IMG/VR virus record: IMGVR_UViG_3300038393_002107
Span: 1 to 26,748 of that record
DNA from: a virus
Lineage: Duplodnaviria; Caudoviricetes
DNA: 26,748 nucleotides
Direction: 5' to 3' (one strand)
Position 1 is the stretch's first letter, and every line of letters begins with the position of its first letter. Below are positions 1 to 8,153 of this stretch, in pieces. The notes below the pieces were generated by a model. The model ran no database searches. It saw only the letters and a program-made list of their open reading frames with translations, and was not told where the DNA came from. Position numbers and translations under genes: made by a program.

Positions 1-36
1 AGTGAATGAGGGAGTCGGATCTCAAATGCCGTGACA

Positions 37-293
37 GCCTGGAACAGACAGGCACCACACAGAAGCGGAAATGCGCAGGCTGATGCGCGGATGCAGGAAT
101 GAGTTCCCTGTTCGAGTCAGGGCATCGCGCTTGGGTGAGCGTCCCAAGCCAAGCCGGAGATCAGCACCGGCCCGCTTCTGTGTGGTGACCGCATGACTGA
201 ATCTGACCGGCTAGTACCCGGTCTGCCAAAACCCTGAGCGCGCTACGGCTTCGCGGGGAATGCATAGCGGTGATAGTAGCCCGGTCGCCACAC
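37..293 (+). ncRNA. Structured non-coding leader: hairpin, tRNA-like cloverleaf (53-187) and overlapping second domain (180-293)
   Basis: Perfect 16-bp inverted repeat 53-68/172-187 encloses hairpins 73-88, 106-122, 129-149 and 153-171. A second 12-bp stem pairs 180-191/282-293 with one G-U. No credible ORF before the RBS of the gene at 321. Confidence 0.6.
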
Positions 294-320
294 CTAACAA
301 CGATAGCGAGGAGAGTCAGG

Positions 321-773
321 ATGAAAGCGATAACAAAGTTTGTCTCCGACGATGGCCTGGAATTTACCGACGAAGGCAAGTGCGTTTCGTACGAAGCCCT
401 CTGTAAAGAAGTGAGCGAGGTAATGAGCAAGCTGTCGCCTCGCCCTATCCTGCCTGGCTGCGGTTTTGAGAACGGCGACGGCTATATCCAGCATGACCCT
501 GAAGCCGCGTTGGCGGCAAAGGTGGCGATTCTGAAAATCGCGAACGGCATTTTCCCGCACAAGTGGTTCGATCAGTCCATGGCCGACGACAGGGTTGATC
601 CTAGCTGGGCCGGTCGGCTGATTGGTGACTTCTGGCAGAAGTGCCTGTACCAGGCTTGGCAGCGCTTTCAGTGCATGGATAAGCAGTTTCGAGAATATGG
701 CCAGCCTTACTTTGCGCTTCACCCAGAACAAGCGAAGAACGTCCGCTTGAACCAACTGGAGCGGTCGCAATGA
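321..773 (+). CDS. Hypothetical phage early protein
   Basis: GAGGAG upstream of ATG 321 (MKAITKF...). ATGA overlap with the next gene. Confidence 0.8.
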   Translation: MKAITKFVSDDGLEFTDEGKCVSYEALCKEVSEVMSKLSPRPILPGCGFENGDGYIQHDPEAALAAKVAILKIANGIFPHKWFDQSMADDRVDPSWAGRLIGDFWQKCLYQAWQRFQCMDKQFREYGQPYFALHPEQAKNVRLNQLERSQ

Positions 774-976
774 TCGCCGCCCGCATCGCCCGCCGCCTGG
801 TGCGCAAGATCACCAAGCCGCTGATCCTCTGGTGGACTGATCGCCAGCTTGCGCGCTGCGAATACCGCGCCGACCACTTCTACGTCATGCGCGTGCAGTC
901 GATCCCGATGGAGCTGGCAGAGCGTAAGCGCCAGATCGCACTAACCGCAAAGCGTCGCCAAATCGAAGGCTGGTAA
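770..976 (+). CDS. Hypothetical basic phage protein (68 aa)
   Basis: ATGA coupling with the upstream gene and GGAG SD. Confidence 0.7.
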   Translation: MIAARIARRLVRKITKPLILWWTDRQLARCEYRADHFYVMRVQSIPMELAERKRQIALTAKRRQIEGW

Positions 977-998
977 CTCAACCTAGTCGGAGGAAGTC

Positions 999-1160
999 AT
1001 GGGCCTTAATCCGAACGCAGTAAGCATCAAATGCCGTACGCAGTGGACGCAGAAAGTCACCGACGCGGAATTGTTCGCGGCGAAGGTGAAGCTGGCCGGA
1101 GCGCTGCTGCTGATCGTGGTGGACTCGCTGATTCTGATGGTGGTTGGATTTCCGCCCTGA
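999..1160 (+). CDS. Small protein with C-terminal hydrophobic helix (53 aa; not in ORF track)
   Basis: GGAGGA SD then ATG 999. Manual translation MGLNPNAVSIKCRTQWTQKVTDAELFAAKVKLAGALLLIVVDSLILMVVGFPP*. Confidence 0.65.
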   Translation: MGLNPNAVSIKCRTQWTQKVTDAELFAAKVKLAGALLLIVVDSLILMVVGFPP

Positions 1161-1187
1161 TCTGCAGCGCAACTAGGAGAGCGAGAC

Positions 1188-1376
1188 ATGAACGAAGACG
1201 CACAAGACGCGCTGCAGCAGTACGAGGAAATGGAGCAGCGGCGCCGGAGCCTACCGGCAAAGCGGTTCCCGCCGGTTCGCACGGTCGGCTATACGAGCGT
1301 ATGGGCGCCGCGGATGACGGAACAGCAGCGCAAGGAACACGAGCAGTACGTCAAGGATAACAACTTACCTTTCTAA
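1188..1376 (+). CDS. Hypothetical phage protein (62 aa) ending in DNNLPF
   Basis: AGGAGA SD; fills the operon gap before the ATPase. Confidence 0.7.
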   Translation: MNEDAQDALQQYEEMEQRRRSLPAKRFPPVRTVGYTSVWAPRMTEQQRKEHEQYVKDNNLPF

Positions 1377-1401
1377 ACCATCGTAACCACCAGAGAAAAC
1401 C

Positions 1402-2055
1402 ATGAGCATCGCGACCCTCATTATTGGCGAATCAGGTACAGGAAAGTCGACCAGCCTGCGCAATCTGGACCCGGCACAAACCCTGCTGATCCAGTCCGTC
1501 AAGAAGCCTCTGCCCTTCCGCTCGCCCAACTGGAGGCCGGTTGTGAAGGGTCAGGGCGGGAACGTGTACGTGAGCGATAACAGCGCGCACATCGTTGCTG
1601 CAATGGAGCGTACTGCAGCATCGATCATCGTGATCGATGATTTCCAGTACATCCTCGCCAACGAATTCATGCGCCGTGTTACCGACCACGAGACCGGCAA
1701 TGCCGCATTCACGAAGTACAACGAGATCGCCCGCAGTGCCTGGGACATTCTGATGAAGGCCAGTGCCCTGCCGGACGAGAAGCGCGTCTACATCCTCAGC
1801 CACACAAGTACCGACGAATCGGGCAGAACTAAGATCAAGACCATCGGGAAACTGCTGGACGAGAAGATCGTTCTGGAAGGTCTTGTCACGATTGTCCTGC
1901 GCACTCTCAAGGTCAATGACGCCTACGTGTTCGCCACCAAGAACAGCGGTTCGGACACCACCAAATCTCCGTTGGGCTTGTTTGAAGAGGGCCACATCGA
2001 GAACGACCTGCTCGCGGTCGACAAGGCAATTTGCGAGTACTACAACCTCCAATAA
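1402..2055 (+). CDS. P-loop ATPase, Sak4-like phage single-strand annealing recombinase
   Basis: Walker A GESGTGKS and Walker B IIVIDD; directly upstream of an SSB-like gene, as is typical for Sak4. Confidence 0.8.
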   Translation: MSIATLIIGESGTGKSTSLRNLDPAQTLLIQSVKKPLPFRSPNWRPVVKGQGGNVYVSDNSAHIVAAMERTAASIIVIDDFQYILANEFMRRVTDHETGNAAFTKYNEIARSAWDILMKASALPDEKRVYILSHTSTDESGRTKIKTIGKLLDEKIVLEGLVTIVLRTLKVNDAYVFATKNSGSDTTKSPLGLFEEGHIENDLLAVDKAICEYYNLQ

Positions 2056-2070
2056 ACCATAGGAAGCACC

Positions 2071-2703
2071 ATGTACACCCTTAATCCAGAAGCAGCAAAA
2101 AAGGCCGATACCATCGGCGCTTACATCACCGAAACCGGCAAGTACGTAGGAACGTTCGTTCGTGCCGAAAAGCTGGTGAGTCAAGCAAAGAGCACTGACG
2201 GCATCGGCTTTACTTTCCGCGACGAATCCGGCCGCGAGTGCCGCTTCGACGTCTGGACGCAGAAGCAGAACGGCGAGCCGCTGTCCGGTCTGAACCAGGT
2301 CAACGCCATGATGGTTTGCCTGCAGCAGCGCGCCCTGACCGTCAGCCAGCAGACCGTGAAGAAGTGGGACAACGGCGCGGAAGTCACCATCCCGGCACCC
2401 TGTTTCGCAGAACTGATGAGCAAGCGCATTGGTCTGCTCCTGCGCGCCGAGGAATACGAAAAGATGAAAGACAACCAGAAGACCGGCGAGCGCGGCTGGC
2501 GGATGGGATTGTTCGCCGTATTCCAGGCTGATACTGAGTTGATGGCATCCGAAATTCTAAGCCGTAAAACGCAACCCGAGCAGCTTGCAAAGGTCATGGC
2601 GCAACTGGCCGACAAGCCGCTCAAGGCGACGTCATCGCGTCCTGCTGCTGGTCAGTCCGCCGACGCTGGTGTGCCGAGCCATTTTGACGACATCCCCTTC
2701 TAA
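2071..2703 (+). CDS. Phage single-stranded DNA-binding protein (DUF669-like)
   Basis: Flexible tail ending FDDIPF (SSB C-terminal signature); follows the Sak4-like gene. Confidence 0.75.
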   Translation: MYTLNPEAAKKADTIGAYITETGKYVGTFVRAEKLVSQAKSTDGIGFTFRDESGRECRFDVWTQKQNGEPLSGLNQVNAMMVCLQQRALTVSQQTVKKWDNGAEVTIPAPCFAELMSKRIGLLLRAEEYEKMKDNQKTGERGWRMGLFAVFQADTELMASEILSRKTQPEQLAKVMAQLADKPLKATSSRPAAGQSADAGVPSHFDDIPF

Positions 2704-2743
2704 TTGACCACGGAGGCGCGGCCCGAAAGGCCGCGTGCAGCTG

Positions 2744-3052
2744 ATGATCGATCTTACCGCCATCGACCAAGAAACCATAATCGCCCGAGGCCAGTACGCG
2801 ACGGTGCGCAGTGCCCACGAAGACGAGAAGAAGCGTCTCTCGATCCTCTGCGGCCAGTTGTCGTCTTCTGTTGCCCAGGTGCTGCGCTATATGCAACCTG
2901 ACGGTGACGCCACGCCGTCCATTGACGCCGTGCTGGATATGTTGTCGATCGCACGTGAAACGCTGACCAAAATCGACGCCTGCGTCGAGAGCATCGAAGC
3001 TCTGGCGATGCAACGCGCGGCGCTGAAACAAGCAGCATGGGGTGGCAAATGA
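2744..3052 (+). CDS. Hypothetical helical phage protein
   Basis: Open frame coupled by ATGA to ninB. Start is ATG 2744 or GTG 2735. Confidence 0.75.
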   Translation: MIDLTAIDQETIIARGQYATVRSAHEDEKKRLSILCGQLSSSVAQVLRYMQPDGDATPSIDAVLDMLSIARETLTKIDACVESIEALAMQRAALKQAAWGGK

Positions 3053-3468
3053 CTGCCAAACGCACCTTCGTTCTAGCCCACGATCAGGCCCGTAATAACG
3101 CCGCCCGCTTCTGCATGGAAGCGCCGGCAGGCTGGATGGTCGTCATGTCCGAGCCGGTCAAGCGCCGCATTCAGGAAGAGAAATACCACGCCATGATCGC
3201 TGACATTGCGCGCCAGGTCGAGCATATAGGCCGCAAGTGGGATTCTGACGACATGAAACGGCTACTGATCGACGACTTCGCGGACGAGATGCGAATTGCT
3301 GGCACGCCACTTCACCACGACGGGCGCGTGATCCCTAGCCTAGACGGTCAGCGCATCGTACAACTGGGCATCCAGTCCCGCGACTTCTATGTCAAGGAAG
3401 CGGCGCAGTTTATCGAGTTTCTCTACAGCTTTGGCGCGGCCCGCGGGGTCAAGTTTAGTCATGAGTAA
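3049..3468 (+). CDS. ninB: NinB/Orf family recombination protein
   Basis: KRRIQEEKYHAMIADIARQV...GRKWDSDDMKRL...IPSLDG...FIEFLYSFGAARGVKF matches the NinB pattern. Confidence 0.85.
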   Translation: MTAKRTFVLAHDQARNNAARFCMEAPAGWMVVMSEPVKRRIQEEKYHAMIADIARQVEHIGRKWDSDDMKRLLIDDFADEMRIAGTPLHHDGRVIPSLDGQRIVQLGIQSRDFYVKEAAQFIEFLYSFGAARGVKFSHE

Positions 3469-3925
3469 CTACAAACACGGCAAGAAGTGGACGAGGGTTT
3501 ATGGCATCTGGTGCGCGATGCGGAGCCGTTGCGGAAACCCGAACACAAAGTTCTATGAACTCTATGGCGGGCGCGGTATCACCGTCTGCGATCGCTGGCA
3601 GAAGTTCGACGCCTTCCTCGAGGATATGGGTGAGCCGCCCGAAGGCCATTCGATCGAACGTATCGACAACGACAAAGGGTATTCCAAAGATAACTGCAAA
3701 TGGATTCCCCTTAAAGATCAGGCAAAGAACAGGCGATCGGCACGGATGATTGAAGCGCACGGGAAGAACATGACGCTGACTGAATGGGCGGAGCAAAGCG
3801 GCATTGACGCCAAGACCATTTGGCATCGACTTAACTACGGATGGTCTGCCGATGATGCGGTAACCAAGCCGATAAGGAAGAGTTCGCGATTCCATAAGTT
3901 TGACCAAGAAGCAGCCCACAAATGA
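3461..3925 (+). CDS. HNH-like (putative homing) endonuclease
   Basis: Motifs WxAMRSRCxNP, YGGRGITVCDRW and SIERIDNDKGYSKDNCKW, plus a C-terminal DNA-binding segment (TLTEWAEQSGI...RLNYGW). Confidence 0.85.
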   Translation: MSNYKHGKKWTRVYGIWCAMRSRCGNPNTKFYELYGGRGITVCDRWQKFDAFLEDMGEPPEGHSIERIDNDKGYSKDNCKWIPLKDQAKNRRSARMIEAHGKNMTLTEWAEQSGIDAKTIWHRLNYGWSADDAVTKPIRKSSRFHKFDQEAAHK

Positions 3926-3967
3926 CCAATAACTGATGAATTTCACCTGACGAGAGCGGAGACAGCC

Positions 3968-4531
3968 ATGCCAATAGGATGCGCAGGAGCGATTACGCGG
4001 GGAGTGACATTCGAAGAGTTCGTGCTCCAAAGTGCCACGATGCTGGGTTCGCAGCTGGGGCTGAGTTGCCCGGCGGCGGACGTGGTGAGCGACGACGAAT
4101 CGCCGCTTGCTGCGGAACTGGCCGAGGCGCGAGCGTACCTGGTCGAGCTCGAAGGCATGGCCGAAGCCGCGGCACAGGTTGCCTGCGACGCAGATTACGC
4201 CAAACGGTGCGCCGAGTGGGAGGCCAGCCAGCGCGCCAAGGCCGAACTTCGCCAGCGCTACGAAGGCTCCCTCGCCCGCCTGCAGGCATGGGACCCTGAC
4301 GTTGCTGCATACCGCGCACTGAAGTCGCGCCTGATGGAAGACATCGGCTTGTCGATCGGCTGTGACTGCGACCGCGTCGATCCAAAGCCGGTACATATGA
4401 CTGCCGTCCAGTGGCGTGTCCACGCGATGGGAGAGCAGACCTTGCTGCTGCAGTACATGGAGCGCACGCACAAGCGATCGTCCGAGTTGCATGCCCTGCG
4501 CAAGAGCTTGAGCCTTGAGGCGCCGATATGA
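3968..4531 (+). CDS. Hypothetical coiled-coil phage protein
   Basis: GGAG SD, 187-aa frame, ATGA overlap downstream. Confidence 0.7.
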   Translation: MPIGCAGAITRGVTFEEFVLQSATMLGSQLGLSCPAADVVSDDESPLAAELAEARAYLVELEGMAEAAAQVACDADYAKRCAEWEASQRAKAELRQRYEGSLARLQAWDPDVAAYRALKSRLMEDIGLSIGCDCDRVDPKPVHMTAVQWRVHAMGEQTLLLQYMERTHKRSSELHALRKSLSLEAPI

Positions 4532-4608
4532 CTGCTCGCGTTCGCTACACGGCTGATGCCCTTTACCCCGAATACAAGACAGCACGCCTAGAGACCTTTG
4601 GAGAAGAC

Positions 4609-5493
4609 ATGACGAATCAGAAGCGCCGCATTGAAGACAAATTGCCAACTGAGCCGCTGGACTGGACCGAGGCTGAAGACGCAGCGTGGCAGGAACTGGC
4701 CGCCGGTGCGGTGAATGCTGGCATAACGAGCGAAGAAAACGGCGCCGGCGATCTGCCCGCGTGGATGGACGAAACAATCAGACTTTTAGGAAGTATGAGA
4801 GTAGCAATGCATTGGCCTGATCTGGAACGTCACATCAAGCAATTAGAGGTAACTGGCGCTGCGATTGCTGCCCATCTCGCACGCCAACCGAAAGCAGAGC
4901 AGCCGGCCGGACTCGAAGATTTGGCGACGTACCCCAGCCCACACGGAACGCTCATCAGATTGGCCGATGCGAAATGCCGGCTCGCCCACCTCGCAAGACA
5001 GGCTCAGGCCGGCACGCCGCGCGTCGATGCGCTGATGGCGAAATGGGACGACGACGGCGCCACCCGAGGCTCTGCATTCATCGAATTGCGCGACCTGGCC
5101 CGCGAGTTGGAGCGCAGGGCCGCTCCGGTAGCTCCTGCCAGCGCACAGAACGACCTGCCAGACCGCGAGAAGCTGCTGCGAGTTGCACTGGATGCCGCCG
5201 ATAAGTGGGCCAGCACCGAGCATCTTCACGCTCGCGACATTGGCAAAGGCGGCAGGGGCGACGAGAAGGCGGTCGTGCGCGCCGAGAATGCAGCACGTAA
5301 GGCCATCAACGCACTCGCTGAGGCCGGCGCACAGAACGCCGAGGCAATCCGCAATCAGGCGCTGGAAGATGCGGCGCGCGTTGTGGACGACTTTCAAGCT
5401 GACAAGGGAATCGTGACCTTCAGCGAAATCGCACACGAAATCCGTGCGCTCCAAAGCGGCACAGCTACCACCAAGACTGGAGATGCGGAATGA
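4609..5493 (+). CDS. Mosaic hypothetical early protein (alternative start 4528)
   Basis: GGAGAAGAC-ATG at 4609. Ala-rich linkers and a C-terminal RNQALEDAAR...EIRAL motif common in phage early proteins. Confidence 0.75.
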   Translation: MTNQKRRIEDKLPTEPLDWTEAEDAAWQELAAGAVNAGITSEENGAGDLPAWMDETIRLLGSMRVAMHWPDLERHIKQLEVTGAAIAAHLARQPKAEQPAGLEDLATYPSPHGTLIRLADAKCRLAHLARQAQAGTPRVDALMAKWDDDGATRGSAFIELRDLARELERRAAPVAPASAQNDLPDREKLLRVALDAADKWASTEHLHARDIGKGGRGDEKAVVRAENAARKAINALAEAGAQNAEAIRNQALEDAARVVDDFQADKGIVTFSEIAHEIRALQSGTATTKTGDAE

Positions 5494-5630
5494 CTCGCAC
5501 TTACAAGGTTTATCTGCATGGGGAGTTCGTCGCGCTCGCAGAAGCGATGACGCGCGGAGAGGCTGTAACCCATGTGGCAAACAAACACTACGACGGCAAC
5601 GAATACGGCCTGATGGCTGTGGAAGGATAG
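5490..5630 (+). CDS. Small hypothetical protein (46 aa; not in ORF track)
   Basis: ATGA overlap and GGAG SD. MTRTYKVYLHGEFVALAEAMTRGEAVTHVANKHYDGNEYGLMAVEG* ends 4 nt before the next start. Confidence 0.7.
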   Translation: MTRTYKVYLHGEFVALAEAMTRGEAVTHVANKHYDGNEYGLMAVEG

Positions 5631-5634
5631 TTAG

Positions 5635-5895
5635 ATGACCGCGAACCAATTCAAGGAAGTGCCGGACGGCTATGCACTGCTCGAACGACACAACGGAAAA
5701 GCCGCATACGCAGCCTGCCTGGACGGCAGCAGGTTCCACGGATGGCTTTTCGCCAAAGGACCGGAAGATGGGCAGTGGGTCAGCCAGCGGAAGTTGGAGG
5801 GCTGGGAAATCATGCAAGCAGAGGACCAGCGGGACTACAACATTGTTCACGAAACCGACGACGTGCGCGCAGAGAAAGGACAGAACAATGGATAA
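5635..5895 (+). CDS. Hypothetical phage protein (86 aa)
   Basis: AAGGA SD; overlaps the next start by 8 nt. Confidence 0.7.
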   Translation: MTANQFKEVPDGYALLERHNGKAAYAACLDGSRFHGWLFAKGPEDGQWVSQRKLEGWEIMQAEDQRDYNIVHETDDVRAEKGQNNG

Positions 5896-6736
5896 CCAGA
5901 ACCAGCGCGTCACCGAGCAGGCGGACGACTACAAGCTAATCGCGCATCTGATCGGCATCATCTTCTTTGCAGGCGACTTCAGGGCGGAAACCGCCAACGA
6001 GCGCCAATTGGAAGCGTTACTCATCAAGACCGGCCACCGCTATCGAAGCTGGGCTGAAATCGACGTGCTCCACGACGCCCGGCAAGCCGCGCCCGAAGCA
6101 CCGACCGCGTGGCTTGCGACTGATCTGGATGGCCGTGGTGACGTGGCGTTCACGAAGGAAGAAGCGAAGCGCCGCGCCGGGGAAGGCTGCACCGAGTTCT
6201 TCCCGCTATATGACAGCGCACCGGCCACCCAGCAGGCAGGAGCGGCTGAACGAGCAAAGGAGTTGGTCGAGCAGTACCGCACTGGCTACCGCCACGGCTA
6301 CGAAGAAGGTCGCGCCGAACTCCCTGCGGCCACCACAGCAAGCGCGAGCGACCTGGCCGACCGTTTGCGCAAGCGTGCTGACAGTGCTTACCAGTTCGTG
6401 ACCGTCGAGCGCAATGACTTGATTGCAGCCGCCAACGCCCTCGAGCGCGCCCCAGCACCCAGCCAGGAAGCTACTGTCGAATACCTGATGACGAACTTTT
6501 CAATTGGTCGCGAACAGGCCGAGCATCACGCCGCCGCCCTTGTCCAGCAGGGCGCAGCACAGGCAGCGCATGCTGGCGCGGTGGACCTCGATAAGTTGCA
6601 ACGCTACGGCGATAACGAATGGGCCGCAACTGCCGATTCGGAATTCGGCCCGCGCGCCAGCGGCGAATACGTGAAACTGGAAGATGTGCGCGCCGCTATC
6701 GCCGCCAGTCAACCACAGAAAGGATCGGAAGCATGA
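5888..6736 (+). CDS. Mosaic hypothetical early protein
   Basis: AAAGGA SD before ATG 5888. Short modules separated by Ala/Pro/Gln linkers; ATGA overlap downstream. Confidence 0.75.
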   Translation: MDNQNQRVTEQADDYKLIAHLIGIIFFAGDFRAETANERQLEALLIKTGHRYRSWAEIDVLHDARQAAPEAPTAWLATDLDGRGDVAFTKEEAKRRAGEGCTEFFPLYDSAPATQQAGAAERAKELVEQYRTGYRHGYEEGRAELPAATTASASDLADRLRKRADSAYQFVTVERNDLIAAANALERAPAPSQEATVEYLMTNFSIGREQAEHHAAALVQQGAAQAAHAGAVDLDKLQRYGDNEWAATADSEFGPRASGEYVKLEDVRAAIAASQPQKGSEA

Positions 6737-7722
6737 GCGAATACCGCAAAAAGCCAATCGTCATTGAAGCCGTTCAGTGGCCCGGCAACAAATTCGAAAC
6801 GTCGCCGCCAGAATGGTTCAGCAAGGCGCTCTATGTCGAGCCTGGCAAGCCTGGATTCATCATGCGTTGGGATGATGACCTTCTCATCGAAACGCTTGAA
6901 GGCCAAATGCGCGCGGTACCCGGCGACTGGATCATCCGCGGCATCAAGGGCGAAATCTACCCATGCAAACCAGAAATCTTTGCCGTAACGTATGAAGCAG
7001 TCGCCCCTATGGGAACGAATGGCGAAGCCATCCCCCTGCCGTTCGATGTGCAAAAAGCGTTCGATGAATTCGAGCGCCTGCGCAATATCGTGAAAGTTCC
7101 CGGCTACTGCTGTGGCACGAAATACACCACCCGCGAGGCGTTCAGCATGGCCATCGCCCCGTATGCCGAGCGTATCCGCCACCTGGAGCGCGAGCTGGTC
7201 GAATGGCGCAAGTTGCGCGACCCTGCCGTGCTATTCGTGAACCTGCTGCGCGGCGAGCCTGCGAAGGTGCCGGCCCGCGAGTTGCTGAACGTCGCTGGCT
7301 ATGACCAGCATGTGGTTGATGATGCCCTGGCACGCGTGAAGACACTAGAACGCGAGCTGGAACAGGCCCGTGCCGCCTTTATCGGCAGCGAGAACGCGCG
7401 CAAGGATGCAGAACGGGCGCGGGGAACAGTGCAGAGCATCGACACGCCAGAGTTTCGCGCGCTGGCTGACAAATGGCAATTGTGCCTCACCACCGACATT
7501 GAGCGCGTCTACGCTGAATTGGTCGCCTACATTGACGGTCGCAGTGCTGGAACAGCAATCCCTGCCGGCCATTTCCTCGTTGGTGCCGGCACTGTTCAAG
7601 TCAATGGCGGCTTCGAGCAGTTCACGAAAAAGCAAATCAGCGCCGCGCAGAGACTTGGCTCATTGCTGTATCACGCTGCCGCTCCTACACCTCTGAATGG
7701 AAAGGAGGAAGCCAATGGCTAA
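6733..7722 (+). CDS. Mosaic phage protein with N-terminal YRKKP-V-IEAVQW...PGDWIIRG domain
   Basis: Recognisable conserved phage domain (IETLEGQMRAVPGDWIIRGIKGEIYPCKPEIF) fused to coiled-coil modules. Confidence 0.8.
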   Translation: MSEYRKKPIVIEAVQWPGNKFETSPPEWFSKALYVEPGKPGFIMRWDDDLLIETLEGQMRAVPGDWIIRGIKGEIYPCKPEIFAVTYEAVAPMGTNGEAIPLPFDVQKAFDEFERLRNIVKVPGYCCGTKYTTREAFSMAIAPYAERIRHLERELVEWRKLRDPAVLFVNLLRGEPAKVPARELLNVAGYDQHVVDDALARVKTLERELEQARAAFIGSENARKDAERARGTVQSIDTPEFRALADKWQLCLTTDIERVYAELVAYIDGRSAGTAIPAGHFLVGAGTVQVNGGFEQFTKKQISAAQRLGSLLYHAAAPTPLNGKEEANG

Positions 7723-7972
7723 AGCTAATCCGAAAGCATGGTTTCCAAATCCATACGACGCGCGGCCCATCAGTTACAGGTCGGTCGATAAGTGGGCGAG
7801 GTACAACGAGCAGTTCAAGCCATTTTTCGACACATGGAAAGAGGCGCATGCCTGGATGATGGCGAAAGCCGACAAGCGCCTAAAGAAGGCCCAGTCAGAG
7901 CTGAAAAGCGCAACCGCGCACCACGCGAAGGTCAAAGCAATGACCGAGCCTGACGCCGCAAAGGAGGCGTGA
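7715..7972 (+). CDS. Hypothetical basic phage protein (85 aa)
   Basis: AGGAGG SD before ATG 7715. Confidence 0.75.
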   Translation: MAKANPKAWFPNPYDARPISYRSVDKWARYNEQFKPFFDTWKEAHAWMMAKADKRLKKAQSELKSATAHHAKVKAMTEPDAAKEA

Positions 7973-7973
7973 G

Positions 7974-8153
7974 ATGTGGATTCTGCTAATTTTTGCAGTA
8001 AGCAACTATTCATCTACCGCCAATAGTCAAATGGCCGTGGAATTCAATAACAAGGAAGCGTGCACCGCGGCAGAAACACAATGGCACCGCCAGTTTTCAG
8101 GTTCCATCGTTGCGCTCAAGACGCTGTGTGTATCGAAAGGTGAGAAGAAATGA
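7974..8153 (+). CDS. Small protein with hydrophobic N-terminus and two Cys (59 aa; not in ORF track)
   Basis: AAGGAGG SD. MWILLIFAVSNYSSTANSQMAVEFNNKEACTAAETQWHRQFSGSIVALKTLCVSKGEKK*; ATGA overlap with the next gene. Confidence 0.75.
   Translation: MWILLIFAVSNYSSTANSQMAVEFNNKEACTAAETQWHRQFSGSIVALKTLCVSKGEKK

Noticed and set aside
106-122. Canonical tRNA around GTTCGAGTC
   Set aside because: No correctly spaced D arm, anticodon arm or CCA end; treated as part of the larger structured RNA.
3455-5913. Long antisense ORFs (3455-4777, 440 aa; 4843-5913, 356 aa)
   Set aside because: They shadow well-coupled + strand genes in GC-rich DNA and have no recognisable motifs or SD.
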